DNA from: Vicugna vicugna
Taxonomy: Eukaryota
NCBI GenBank assembly: GCA_013265495.1
Contig: MU058000.1
Coordinates: 1,240,001-1,304,000 of the forward strand
DNA: 64,000 nucleotides
Direction of reading: 5' to 3'
Shown here: piece by piece, positions 13,662 through 26,032 of the stretch
Numbering within the stretch: the first letter of the stretch is position 1
How the letters are laid out: each line of letters begins with the position of its first letter
Notes under the pieces: generated by a model
Databases searched by the model: none
Seen by the model: only the letters and a program-made list of their open reading frames with translations
Told to the model about the DNA's origin: nothing
Program-made: the position numbers and the translations under genes

Positions 13662-14790
13662 CAGTAGAATCTCTCTCAGCTTCTGCTTAGTAGATTCCTT
13701 GGATTAAGTGTTCTGTTTTTTCACTCTGTTAAACATTGTAGTTACTGACCCTAATTCCCTTCTGTAGAATTATGTAGGCACACTCTTGACATGGCCTCAT
13801 GATGGAAGGAGTATGTTTTCCTGCCCCATGACTCTGATCTTGGACATGTGACTTATTTTGGCCAATGGAATGTTAGTAGGTCTGTCACAACAAGAGGCTT
13901 GAAATGCATTTGTATGGTGTGGCTTGTCCTTCTTCTATCACCACAAAAAAGAACAGTCCAAGCTAGTTACTACCCTTTCAGTGTGGGATACAGAGTGAGA
14001 TACACAGATACACAGAGCATGATGCCTTATCCTACCTGCAGCCTGGAGTCCAGTTCAGCTGAACCCCAAAGGACCCAGAAATTTGTGAGTGAGAAGCATA
14101 AATATTTGTTGTTGTAAGAAAGATGGTTGTGTGTTTATTTGTTACTGAAGCATTATTATGGCAGTGGCTAATAGGTCAGAACATACGACCGATGCTGCAG
14201 TATCCTGAACATTCCTGAAAGTTGAACTCACCAGCGGCTCCCACCAACTGCATTATATGCTTACAAAGAGTCAGTTGTTTTTGCTTCCATGTATGTGTGT
14301 CAATTGTGTCCATTATTCTAATTATTTAATTTACTTTATGTGATATTAGCCAATGAATAACATTAGAGAACAAACTTGTTTCCATAAAACTAAGATGAAT
14401 GCTTTTTAAAGACTTACTAAAGGCAAATTGTTAAAAAGAAATTGAAGTCAAATTAGGTGTTGGTGAGAGTGTTTTAAAAGACTGGAGAAAAATAAATATC
14501 TAGAAGGATCTTGAATTCAGATTTCTCTTTAATTTCTCAAGTTTTCCTTTTCTCTTTAATGTAATTAGAACTGGGGATTTTGGATGATGTAGTACATGTG
14601 GTTTTATGCAAGAAAGGTGAGCTAAAATTTTAATTGTTAGAGAGAATCTCAAAGAAAAGGCCTTGACCTTCGACAAAAGATTGCCGAAGAATGTTTACGT
14701 GTTTAAGATAAAATAACATGCTTAATCTGTGTTTGTGTAAATTTTTGATTTCCTTTTTAAACCATTTGTTCTGATTAACTGAGCAAAAAT
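13662..14790 (+). mobile_element. Old Tigger (TcMar-Tigger, Tigger13a-like) with CENP-B-type HTH transposase remnant, interrupted by an MLT1 LTR
   Basis: TA|cagtagaatctc terminus; degenerate peptides EIEVKLGVGESVLKDWRK (14438-14491) and LKEKAL (14648-14665), typical of pogo/Tigger N-termini. Confidence 0.7.
13737..14179 (+). mobile_element. MaLR LTR (MLT1H/I-like)
   Basis: catgtgacttattttggccaatggaatg, aataaa-like ataaatatttgttgttgtaag, tttgttactgaagcattattatggc; aacat on both flanks. Confidence 0.85.
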
Positions 14791-16262
14791 CATCTCAATC
14801 TCTTTTTATTAAAAATGTCACAAATTTCATACCGTGAAAATTCCCTTCCTTCATAAATATTCTAAAGTTTTACTCTACATTATGCATAGCAATATTAGAA
14901 TAGCCTTCTTCACGATGAATATGTAAAAAGTAAACTTTTCTTTTCAGCTGCTGCCCCTCTTTTCATACTTAGATCCTGTTCTGGTTTATAGATTTGCAGT
15001 CTGGTTAATAACCTTATTCTACAGGATGACACTCCTTAGTTCAGATCACAGTTTCCATTTTTTTTTCCTTCATAGCAGTGGACTGAGTTTCAGGAATGCT
15101 GGGTGCTTCTGGTTATTCGAACATGTTTTTGTTCCCACAAAATCACACCCCAAAATCATCTGGATTTGAACAAACGCATAAATGGAAAAGAAAAGTCACC
15201 CACAGCTCTCTTGTTTTCACCTGGCTTTTTGGTTGCCACCAAATGGAACCACCACACACATTATTTACCTGAAAGCCCAAACCTTTGCAAAGTATGCATG
15301 AAACAGAGCCAATTGTGGGGAAACAGTCACTAACATTTTCCGTGCGTCTGGACTTGACTTGAGGTTTGGGAGCACTTGGATACATTTCAGGTTTTTAAAG
15401 AAAATATTGCACATATTGATTGATGAAATATGCTGCTGGTAGTGGTTTTTGAGATGCTGATGGTCACCTCTTGGGAACCATTCTGAGATGAATGCTTTGT
15501 GGCAGTTTAGGATCAAAAATCAATCTACAGGTGATGACATTCAGTCACCACTGACTAAGGTTGGAATTGAAAAGAGAGCTCTGATTGGAAGGCAGGCTTC
15601 ACACCACATTACCCATAAGTCAATTGCTTGGAGTGTAGGGACTAACTACATGAAGAAATCCAAGAGCCACTCAACGCCAGCTCACCGACAGTTTGGGACA
15701 CATGTGAGTAATTTGTAAAGAAAGGGAATTCTGGCTCAGATATTTGGCTTATTCCAGTTTCAAGAGTGTCGGTTCTCACCTGGACAGAAAAGGTAGACAA
15801 GACGGGCTTGGCTTTAATAAAGTACACAGACTCTAGATAGTTTTTAATACAATGAGGCTAAAATAGATCTGTAAACCAGCATATTCAAAGATGCTGGCCA
15901 TGGATTAAGTAAGTTAGGCAATGGCTTTCAGGGAAATTGAATATATTCTTCCACTTTAAGATACTCTTTTTTTTTCTTTAGGATTTATTCACATTTTTAG
16001 AGAATGGGAGAATTCAACTAATTGGTTTTAGGAAGATTTGAAAAAATTCTTGGCTTGATGGTATGAAAAAATGACTTGAAAACAGGTAATGAGGGGTACA
16101 GTGTGTTGGCATTTACAAGCATGCATGAGCCAATTCAAAAATAGCAGGCTGGTGAAGAACCTTGAAGACTCAAAGTTTTTGTTGTTTTTATTTAATTAAT
16201 AAACCAACATTAGAAAGTGTCTCCAGGAGATTGTTTAATATTACCAATATAAACTATGTCAG

Positions 16263-16852
16263 TGTTGGGGAGGGAATTTTTTTTCACTTTCCCATTTTAG
16301 GTTGAGGGGCTGGAGCCATGCAAATAAGACTGACAAAAGGCAGATTAACAAGAGATCAATAAACAGTTTATTAATGTGTGCAGTGTATATCGCATGGGAA
16401 AAAGCCTCGGAGATGAGTAACTTAAAGAGGTGGCTAGAACTTGGGCTTACACAGCATCTTAACAAAGAACAATGAATTTGTAGAGAATTGATAAGACCAA
16501 AGAAGAGTTTTAGGCTTCCGAGGGGAGCAAACTGTGGGAAGAAAAATATATGGGGGACACTAATAGAAATTAAGGGCTAGTTAGTAAAGTCTGTTACATA
16601 GATTCCTCTGCTGCCCTCTCTACGCTCATAAGGGTCTAGAGTTGTCTCCAGTGATTAACTTCTATCTTCTGTCTATCTCCCTGGTAGAGAGGGGAGTGGG
16701 AGGATCTTTACAAATTTATGTCCTGTTTTTAGGCAAATGGGAGGAAGGCATAGAACTTTTCTTGAAATCACTTCTTCTTAACTGCCTTTAGCTTAAAATA
16801 ACCCTTATGCAAAAGTGGCAGATTTTGGGGTAGCACATTCTGCCACCCTTTA
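16263..16852 (-). mobile_element. ERV1-class solo LTR (MER41-related, laurasiatherian type)
   Basis: aagactgacaaaaggcagattaacaagag and terminal tgcctttagcttaaaataacccttatgcaaaagtggcagattttggggtagcacattctg; flanks tcag/tcaa. Confidence 0.75.
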
Positions 16853-17949
16853 TCAAACATAACTTGGTTTATTGACATCTATGTAACAACAAAAAATGAC
16901 CAAGATGAGGGAGCCACGAAAAAGTAGAAAAGTTGCTGTAATGGGAAGACTCACAGTTGAGTCCAGGCTATAACCACGTCCTTGTCTTGAGATCTTTGGG
17001 AAAATATTTGGGGCACCATGTTGTTTATCTGAAAACTGTCAATGCAATACATGCTGTCAGCACAGCTATCCATACAAAACTGTCAGTATAACTGTCAATA
17101 CAACTCTCATTGAGTTATTGAGAAGATGTGACAATGTGATACACAAATGCAAATTCTGTCCTAACGCCACCTTACTTTGGATGATCACTTTATAATCAGT
17201 CGAATTACACAACTGTTGACTTATCTGGATGTCTGTTTAGCACTTAGACACTCCAGTGTCTCCAGCTGTTGATGATTTTTTTTTTTGCTTTTAATAACAT
17301 GGGTGTTTTGGTGTCTTGTGGACCACCCTGAGAGCTGTGACTCTGATGTCTTCTGAGAAGGGGTATGTAAAGGAAGCCATCAAGCTCTGGCCAAGCTGAC
17401 TCTGCACAGGGTTCAGTGGCCTGCAGTCCCAATAGTTGATAAGCATTCTTGGGAAGAAACAGCTTTATTAAGCACTCTGTTAACAGGCTGCCCTTATGAT
17501 CTGAGCAGATGGAAGCCACTGGTCTCTTTGCCTGTTCCCTCCCACAAGCCCAACTGTCTTTGTGCCTAGAGGAATCAAAGTGAATAATATATAGCTATTG
17601 GTAATGGAAAAACACAGACTCCAGCCTTTTTCTGTTTTAATTGGACCATCAAGCAGAGAAACAGGAAGAGAATGGCAGCTACGACACCCAGCTTCAGATG
17701 CTGGACGCTTTGTCTTCTGCATCAGGAGGCAGAGAGTCCTTTATTCTGTTCTCAGCATGCTTATTTTTCACACAGGAAGAGATGGGGCAGACAGAATTCA
17801 TCCTTGTCTGATTTCATTTAATCACATCTCCATTATTCCTCTTCTTTCACATTAACTCTCCTCCGAGTGTTTATACCATAGAAATATTTGTAGATGCTTT
17901 TCATTAATACACTTTTTTAACTGATAATGAGCCAAACGCTACATGTTTC

Positions 17950-18432
17950 CAAGACTGTTTTGTTTTATTGCACTTCAGTTTATTGCATTTTGCAGATACT
18001 GCATTTTATACAAATTGAAATTTTGTGGCAACCCTGCATGGAGCAGATCTATAGACACCATTTTTCCAAAAGCATTTGTTCACTTTGTGCCTCTTTGTCA
18101 CATTTTGGAAATTCTCGAAATGTTCCAAACTTTGTCATTATTGTATTTGTTATGGTGACCTGTGATCAATGATCTTTGATGTTACTACTATGACTCGTTG
18201 AAGGCTCAGATGATGGTTAGCATTTTTTAGTAATAAAGTATTTTTAAATTAAGGTATGTACATTGTTTTTTAGACATAATGCTATTTCACACTTCAAAGA
18301 CTACAGCAGAGCATAAAAACAACTTTTATAGGTACTGGGAAACCAAAAAATTTGTGTGAATTGCTTTATCTCTCTATTTGCTTTATTGCAGTGGTCTGGA
18401 ACAAAACATGCAGTATCTCCGAGGTACGCCTG
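17950..18432 (+). mobile_element. Internally deleted Tigger1 derivative (Tigger1a_Art-like)
   Basis: ttttattgcacttcagtttattgc...tgtggcaaccctgcat...gaaggctcagatgatggttagcatttttt...tatctccgaggtacgcctg|TA match Tigger1 ends. Confidence 0.9.
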
Positions 18433-18466
18433 TAATTATTTTTATTTTTCTCCTTTCAACACGTTT

Positions 18467-18690
18467 AGTTTAGTGGTTAAGCAAATGGGCTTTAGAATCA
18501 CCCCTGATTACAGTTTTCCTTGTTTGTTTTGGGGGCATAACTACTTACCATTGGGACATACCTCCCAAGACTCAAATGCTTCGATTGAGAAAATGGGGGG
18601 AAAAAATCACAGGGCTCTTCTCAAAGGACTGTGAACTCATTAAATGAGACAGTCACTCCAGCACCATCACTCAATCCCAGGCTCAGAAAA
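18467..18690 (+). mobile_element. MIR SINE
   Basis: tagtggttaagcaaatgggctttagaatca...gagaaaatgggg...ttaaatgaga. Confidence 0.6.
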
Positions 18691-20167
18691 AGTTTTATAA
18701 AAGCACTTCAGCGTTTTATACCTGAAATGGTTAACATTTCCCACTTGCTTCAGTAATTCATACACAGCAACATGTAGAAAGAGACTTCTGACCTTCATGG
18801 TGGCTGATTTAGTCAAAGTGGATGGTCATTCTCAGTCCAAGGGACTGACGCACTAGCTTTTTATTTTATTTTAATTAATTAATTAATTAATTTATTGCTA
18901 GGGAAAAATAACAGCTTCTTAATGATAAGGCCTAAGTACCACACAAGAGAAAAGAGCTAACTGTATGTGGAATCTTCTTTTAAGGCCATCTTAAAAAAAC
19001 AAAACAAAACATAGAGTCAGCGAACTCTCCAGCTCTTCATTAATTCCACAGCTTGAGAAAGTTGTGTTAATGTGCACTAGGAGATGGTAATGTTTTAGGA
19101 CAATCTACCTCCTAAAACATCTCTGTGTCATCCGTTAAACTTGTTACTCAGTGGGGTAGCTATAGAACTGATGAAAGAACCGGCGATCTGGCTGATTTTC
19201 ATTTGGAGTGAAATACACTTTCCTGGTAAATTTCAGCATTAAGATTTTTATGTTCTTTAAAAAGTTGGATTGAAGCAGAGAAGGGAGAGGGCGACACGCA
19301 CACACACAAAACCAAAGTGAAAACAAATAGTGCTATTTTGTGTTCACCGTGGTCTGCTCTCTGTGACTAATTATAAACACACATTTTTGACATGAAGAAA
19401 GTTTCCCTTTGCCTTGCCTTTTCCTCCTTTCTTTCATGCTCCGCCTGCCAGGATGAACCTGGCAGGAACCCGTATAGTTATGGGAGAATGAGCTGCATTC
19501 ATTTCTGAGTTTTCAGCATCTCATATTCTGCAATGCAAATTGGTCTCTGAATCTAGCAGACTACCTAGTGGACCTCAGTGTTTGTGGCTGGAGAGTGAGT
19601 GGGTTGGAAGCATATCTGGTTCACCTTCATTTAATTCAAAGGCTGGTGCGACTTTTGAAATTAGTGATTTCATTAGTCACACAGCCCTGATGGAGGATAA
19701 TTGAGGAAGTAGCTGGGAGTGAGGAAGAGAGTGGGGCAGAGCCAATGCCAAACTGGTTTTTTTCCCGTTTTGTTCTGGGGTGGACCTTCATACCTGATGG
19801 AGGAGCAGAGTTACCCTCCCTAAAGATTCTTTTGATGTACTGAAATTATTAAAAAAAAAAAAAAGAAGAAAGATGGCCATTTTGAGCAGTTTTATAAGCT
19901 AAGGCTATGAAAGCTGTAATTTGAAAAACTATGTGGGTGGCAATGTTGTTCAAGAAGGGAAAGAAAAGATAATTATGGAAAAAAAGAACACAAAAAACCC
20001 AGACACACAGACCAGGAGATGCCAGTTACATAAGACGGTTAATTTAGGAAATACAGCTGAATTAGAATCAAATCTTATGTGACTCAGATCTTAAAGCAGC
20101 AGCGGGATAACTGCAGACCCTGGGACAGTCTGGTGTAAGTTCTGTAGGGGTCGAAACAATACTGTTA

Positions 20168-20372
20168 GCAATAGCTAATACTTACTGAGTGCTAACTGTG
20201 TGCCAAGTACTGTGCTTTTTAATGTTTTATCCTATTTATTCTTTAAAACTAGCCTTAGGATAAGAACGATCATTTTTTTCCCATTTGTCAGAAAAGACAG
20301 TTGAGGTATGGAGTGGTTACATTATGTGAGAGGCAGTGCTGGAACCCAGGTCTTTCTTACCACAAAGCCTCT
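20168..20372 (-). mobile_element. MIR SINE
   Basis: atagctaatacttactgagtgctaactgtgtgccaagtactgtgct...cccatttgtcaga...gaacccaggtct. Confidence 0.75.
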
Positions 20373-22199
20373 TTTATTTACTAAGAACTCCTTCTCAGAG
20401 AATTTTACTAAAATTCTACAAATAAGACAACTTCCCTAGGGAGTCAGATCCAAGATCCTGGATTCAAAAGAACAAGGAAGCTGAAAGGAACCTATGTTGT
20501 CACTTGCTTCTGTATAATATCCTTAGTTTTTGTTCCTACTATTCTAAGGCTTGTTATTATTGTTAACCAACGTAGAAACACCAAAAGGTATTCTTTAAAG
20601 CATTATTTAAAGCAACTTAAATTTAAAACAGTATTCTTTGAAGCATGTTTACAAAGCAGTAAAGATTTATTCCTTAATAAACATTTAATGCAATGCCTTT
20701 ATGGCTAGACAAAATCAAAAGTAAGTCTATTTTTGAGATTCTCAATTTAAAGCAGTATCCAAATGAGTAATATGGAAGAAATTTGCCCAGGGAGAGAGTA
20801 AAGATATCAATGCTTTATGTCTTTTCTGAACTCCGACCTCCATCCCTTTCTTATCTATTTTTCCTCCTCCCTCTCCTCCAAAGAAATTTGGAACCATAGT
20901 GAGAGATGTGGGAATGCCTATCTGTCTATTGATAGTGTCTTTCCTTATGTTAAGACCAACCCCATTTCATCTCTTCAAAAATGTATTCACTGGTTTCAGC
21001 ACAATGACTCCAGTTTTTTTTTTAGCATCTCAAATATTTATGCCAATTTGTCAGCAGCAAGTATCAGTGACAAGCAGAGATAAAGTATTATTTATGCTGA
21101 GATATCCAATTTTTACTTGTTTGACTGCTTTCTTGAAAGATGATGCTTTGGAAAATAAAATGCAACATTTATCATTGTTTGGTTGACTATGGGAGGTGGA
21201 GCCTGCTCTTTGCTGTGACCCAGTTAGTTCACATAGCTCAGCCTTCACAGGCTTCCTGCGCCTAGGGCTTGATAACCCCAGCACAGGGGAGAGAGACTTC
21301 TGCAAACCAATTTTTGAAAGTCAGGGCAATGCTAAGAGAAACTTTTAAAAATGCAGATAAAAATAGTTTGGAAAACCTACCCTTTACAAGTTGCAGCCTG
21401 TTCCAAAGCCAGTGGACAATAACCCCAGCAGTTCTGGATTTGCACGAGGACCACAACATCACACATTACTAAAAATTTGGGGATGGGAAGAAGACAGAAA
21501 GAATGTGAATGACTGATGGGAGGGGACAAATTGGCTGATGGAGTTTCAAAGGGAGGGTATGAAAAACTGTTCATCTATATTTGACTACTTTTAATGGAGT
21601 ATTTTGGAAAATATTTAAATTTATCCATTTGTTCAACAAATATCTGTGGAATACTTTCCACTAGGTCCTTTCACACTCCCCAGTTCTTGATTCAAGATTT
21701 GATGGATTATTTTGAATGAATAATTTGGATAAATTATTAAAATAATCCTTTTGCTGACTTTAATTGTATTAAGCTTTGTTGTCTGGGGCTTCTCCTTTTC
21801 TTGTTTTGCAAGATGCGGTGGTCATCGGTTATCTCCTTCTTTCAGGACATTCCCGCCAGTGACTTGTGGGTGACATAATATGAGTGTTTTCATTCTCCGA
21901 ACAGAGGATCTTGAAATTTCCCCATGAATGACATGGGGAAGTGAGAACAGAGAATTATTTTCCTCTTGTTGTCTTTGATAAATTATTCAATCAATTGGCC
22001 AGTTTTGATTCAGTGCACATCATACATAGGTGACACTGTGCTGAATGCTGTTGGGTATTTAAAAAAGAAGATTAAGTTCTAATATCTAAGGAGCTAGGTG
22101 TTGTTGGCTAAGTAAAACTAAATTCAATTTGAAAAATTCTGGTGGGCGTATAAGTAAATGCTAACCTCTGTTGTTCAAACGTCTTGAGGAATTAATTCA

Positions 22200-22590
22200 T
22201 AGTTACTGGTTGTAAGCAAGAGAAGCTCAGTCTAGAAGACTCAGCAAAATGGAGTTTAACTTTATCATGGAGCTCACAGAACTGCTGGAAGAGCAGAACA
22301 GAGCCCAGAATAAGCTTTCTGAACAAGGCTCAGCTTAGAACACATCTGCCGAGCACACTGCTGCCCTTCCTGCTGCACACCAGATGCTAGTCGGCATGAC
22401 CGCAGATACTGGGCCAGACACTCAGTCTTGCCTCCTTCACAACCCTGCTGCCACCAGCAAAGAGAGAGCTCCTCATCCGCTCTCTCTGTATCTCTAATTA
22501 CTGGGTCAAGGTCAAGCTTGGGTGGGTCTGGTTGGAAGAGTCCTGGTCCATGACTATGTCTTAGGAGGAAGGGATGCTTGAAAAACAATC
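22200..22590 (-). mobile_element. Old MaLR LTR (MLT1K/L-like)
   Basis: ggttgtaagcaagagaagctc...gctcacagaactgctggaa...ggtccatgactatgtcttag resemble antisense MLT1K/L. Confidence 0.55.
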
Positions 22591-24391
22591 AACTTGCACT
22601 CCTGTTCCTAAACGTGCTCTGTGCTTGCTGTCCACCAAAACTAATAAACTTGGAATTCTCAAACCATGATAAGAAGTTCAGATGCTGAGTAACCAAAATA
22701 AATGATGAATTGTTGTTACAAAAATCAAAGTAAATATTTAACTCCAAGGCTAGTTGACCCCTATCTACCTATGTTGGAAGTGCTGGAGGGATTTTAGACT
22801 TTATATTACTGGTTTTTTTTTCTTTGTAAGGTCACATTTATCCAGTCAGCCATCTTTCTACCTCCCCTTCTTTTGCCAGGCATCCTTAGATTACTTCATA
22901 TGCCATTTCCCATTTTAGACAGCAAATAGAAAACTATTGGACTGATGTGTCATCACTGGAAAAACTAATAATTTTTTGAGGACTTGCATAATTATTATGG
23001 AAAACATTCTGGCAGATGACAGAAGACTCTCTTGTCCTAAAAACTCAATATATTCTAGCCAAAATAGTACTAAATTAATTTCAATGTTTAGGATAGTATT
23101 AAAAAGGAATAATTATTAGAAAATTTCTAGTGAAGCATCACCAACACCAAGTAATGTAAAAGCACATAAGGAACTGGAAAAAGTTAGTGATGCCCCAATG
23201 AAAACAGAAATAAATTGGAATATTTTCTGGAACTTCCGTGTAGACCCTATGTTGAACAGGCTGAAAATGAACAGCTGAGGTTGGGATGGACTGATCTTCC
23301 ACAGATGTTATAAAAGTGATTTTCGATCATTAGAAACTTAAAGAATGAAACATACACGAAAAACTATTTAATGGACTACAGGCATAGTCAAAGGGAGCTC
23401 CTAGCTCCGTGAAGAAGCTAAAATAATTCTTTGCCAAATGCTGAAATGATTTCTTTAGAAGAATTGTCCCTTTGGATTGACATGTTCAGGAGGCTTGTGG
23501 TACTCTTTCGACACGGCCGTACTTTTTAGAGGGCGCCACCACCGCCACCGACTTCATGGCGAGCGGCAGCATCATTTTCTTAACCTTGAAAAGCAAAAAG
23601 GCTGTGGTCAGCATAAGAAGGAGCTATTGACTGGGGGCTGAGTCTGTGGTCCTCAGACAAGCTATTGGTTGGGTATCAGACCTGACTTAACTCCACGTAA
23701 CTGTACCACCTAAGGGCCGTTGAGCACCAGGACTTGTGGGCCGTGCCCCAACTGCCACAACACCTGTGCGGAATTGCATTGTTTTGCCTCATTTTACTAC
23801 ATTCCCCATGTCTCTTCCCCTCTGGTGGTGTGTGGATCCACGAGATGAACAGCAAACAACTAAACAAAGTACCAGAGTTAGTGAACCCAGCGTTACGACT
23901 TCCTCAGGTGCTCACAGACGCAGTCTGTCTACGATCACTCTTCATCACTTGTGGTCCGAGAACAGATTCCTGACACTGTGACACGCCAGCTTGGGCACGA
24001 GGAGAGATTCCAGGTCTTTCTCCACAGTTCCATTTCCTCAGGTCAGGGGTTTGAGCTGGGAAAGTCCGATGGCAAAAACCAATGGTTTTCTTGCTGTTCT
24101 TGTTTTCTGGGGGTCCCCTTCGTTCATCTGTGGTGCAGCAGGAGCTACTCAGAGGACCTCAGGATGGCCTGGCCACCACTTGCCTTTAGTCAATTCAATT
24201 CTGCTTTTAGTCTTTATATATTGGGACTTGGGGATGATTTTTATTAAAAAAAAATTCTACTGGTAAAAATAGAAAACAACAGCAAACAACAACCACCTTG
24301 GAAATCACTACCATAAAGAAAAACGTAAAGGGCCAGCTTTTTTTTGTTGTTGTTGTTAAAACTTTTTATACCAAATGTTCTTTGCTTCTAT

Positions 24392-24622
24392 AATAATAAC
24401 TAACCCATAGTGCTTATTACATATTAGGCGCTGTTCTGAGCAATTTGCAAATATTAAATTCATTTCATCCTCAAACCAACTCCATAAAGAAGACTTTACA
24501 GGGGAGGACATAACGGGAACAGAGAAGTTTTGTAGCCTGTCCGAGGTTGCACATGCAGTTCACGGCAGAGCTGGGATTTGAACTCCAGCAGCCTTGTTTT
24601 AGAATTCATCCTTTAATCTACT
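24392..24622 (-). mobile_element. MIR SINE, near full length
   Basis: aataataactaacccatagtgcttattac...ggcagagctgggatttgaactccagcagcc. Confidence 0.85.
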
Positions 24623-25482
24623 TTGTTAGATTCTTGTGCTATTTGCCACTCTGTTACACTGTTTCTCTAGCCTCTCCTTAGTGTGTATTTTTTGAGCAGT
24701 GATGTGGTCTTTGATTTAAATGAACTGCTTAAAAGAGGTAAGGGCTTGCTATGGATTTAGGATTAAATTCTGTGACCATTCAACATAGCATCCTGAACAG
24801 CTATAACCTTTTTTGAAAGATTCCCAAAGCTTATTAAAAGACATTTATAGTGAACATGTGGGAAGAAGACTTATGTATATGGCAATGATTATTTCCCTAA
24901 ATCCTCTTAATAGTGATGATTATAAGGCTAAGAGAGTAAGTGCTTAAAAATATCATATACTTACATATATCATCTGTTGCCATTCGGTAGGAAGCAGTCC
25001 GTTTTCTACTTCCCCTCTCCCTCCTAAGAACATAGCTTTCAATTTTCCCTGGATCTGCATATCTGTCAAAATCACAAGCGTTGCTCATAGAACAAATATG
25101 TGATCAAATGAAATGATCTGAGTATAATCATTCAAAATCTCCACATGCATTCATTCTTCCGGACTTCTTGGTCTCAGTGAATCATTTCACAGACTGTTGT
25201 GATTACTGGACTGGATTCGGGATATATTCTGCTATTCATCTGGACCAAATCAATGCAGGGACTTTTCCATCTGTGCAGCTGTCTCTCTCTTTTGGCCTTG
25301 CCATCCTTCCTTCTTGTCATGCTCCTCCTTGAGGCATAAAAAATGGATTTCTAATTTCTCAGAGAAGCTTATGGCCCAGTGAGATCATTCTGGGCCGTTT
25401 CCCTCCTTCAGTGCTACAGTTTGGAATTGTTCATCGTTGTAGTGTGAGAGGGAGTAAGCAATGATAATATTAAGAAAGGATA

Positions 25483-25780
25483 AACAGCTGGCCTTTACTG
25501 AGAGCTTACCTGGGACAGGTATTTTGCAAGGGACTTAATGCATATTATCACATGTAATCCTCATGCCAGCATCTCAGTGCACATTGAATAAAAGGTGCAC
25601 ATTGAATAAAAGATGCACAATGACACAATGAAGTGAGTATGATTGTTTCCCATTTTCCATATAAGAAGAGTGATGTTTCAAGGGGTTAGTAACTTGCCAG
25701 ATGTTCTAGGCAGCTAGTAAGTGTTAGGAGTTTGTTCTGACAACAAAAGCCCAGATGAGTAAGCAAACTATTATGCTTTC
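25483..25780 (-). mobile_element. MIR SINE carrying an internal 18-bp tandem duplication
   Basis: tttactgagagcttacc...taatcctca...cccattttccatataagaagagtga...aacttgcc...cagctagtaagtg. Confidence 0.75.
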
Positions 25781-26013
25781 CCTTCTCAGTTTTAAGCTTC
25801 AAAAGGATTGAGTGTGAATTCGGATGTGTTCAGAAACACTGTGGTTGAAGAAACTAGGGGAGAGTGGCATCTCTTCTTACAGGTAGAATCCAGAGATTAC
25901 TGCTGTAGTATTCCTCTCCGCTAATAAAAAGAATGCTTTCCCCCATCCCCCAAATTTCAGTTCTTGCACCTTCATTTGCAGAAATCCAGAAGCATACGTT
26001 GCTCTCCCAGCAC

Positions 26014-26032
26014 AAACCAGTAGATGGCAGCA
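26014..26032 (+). promoter_or_regulatory. Candidate CTCF binding site
   Basis: aaaCCAGTAGATGGCAGca matches the CTCF core CCAS(Y)AGRKGGCRS; it lies in unique, locally CpG-retaining sequence. Confidence 0.55.

Noticed and set aside
19444..19466. 9-bp-stem hairpin cctgccagg-atgaa-cctggcagg
   Set aside because: A few stems of this length are expected by chance in 64 kb; too short for a miRNA
21918..21940. 9-bp-stem hairpin ttccccatg-aatga-catggggaa
   Set aside because: Chance-level length with no supporting context
23482..23529. MFRRLVVLFRHGRTF* resembling the histidine phosphatase RHGxRxP motif
   Set aside because: The spacing is wrong, a stop follows at once and there is no further homology; judged coincidental
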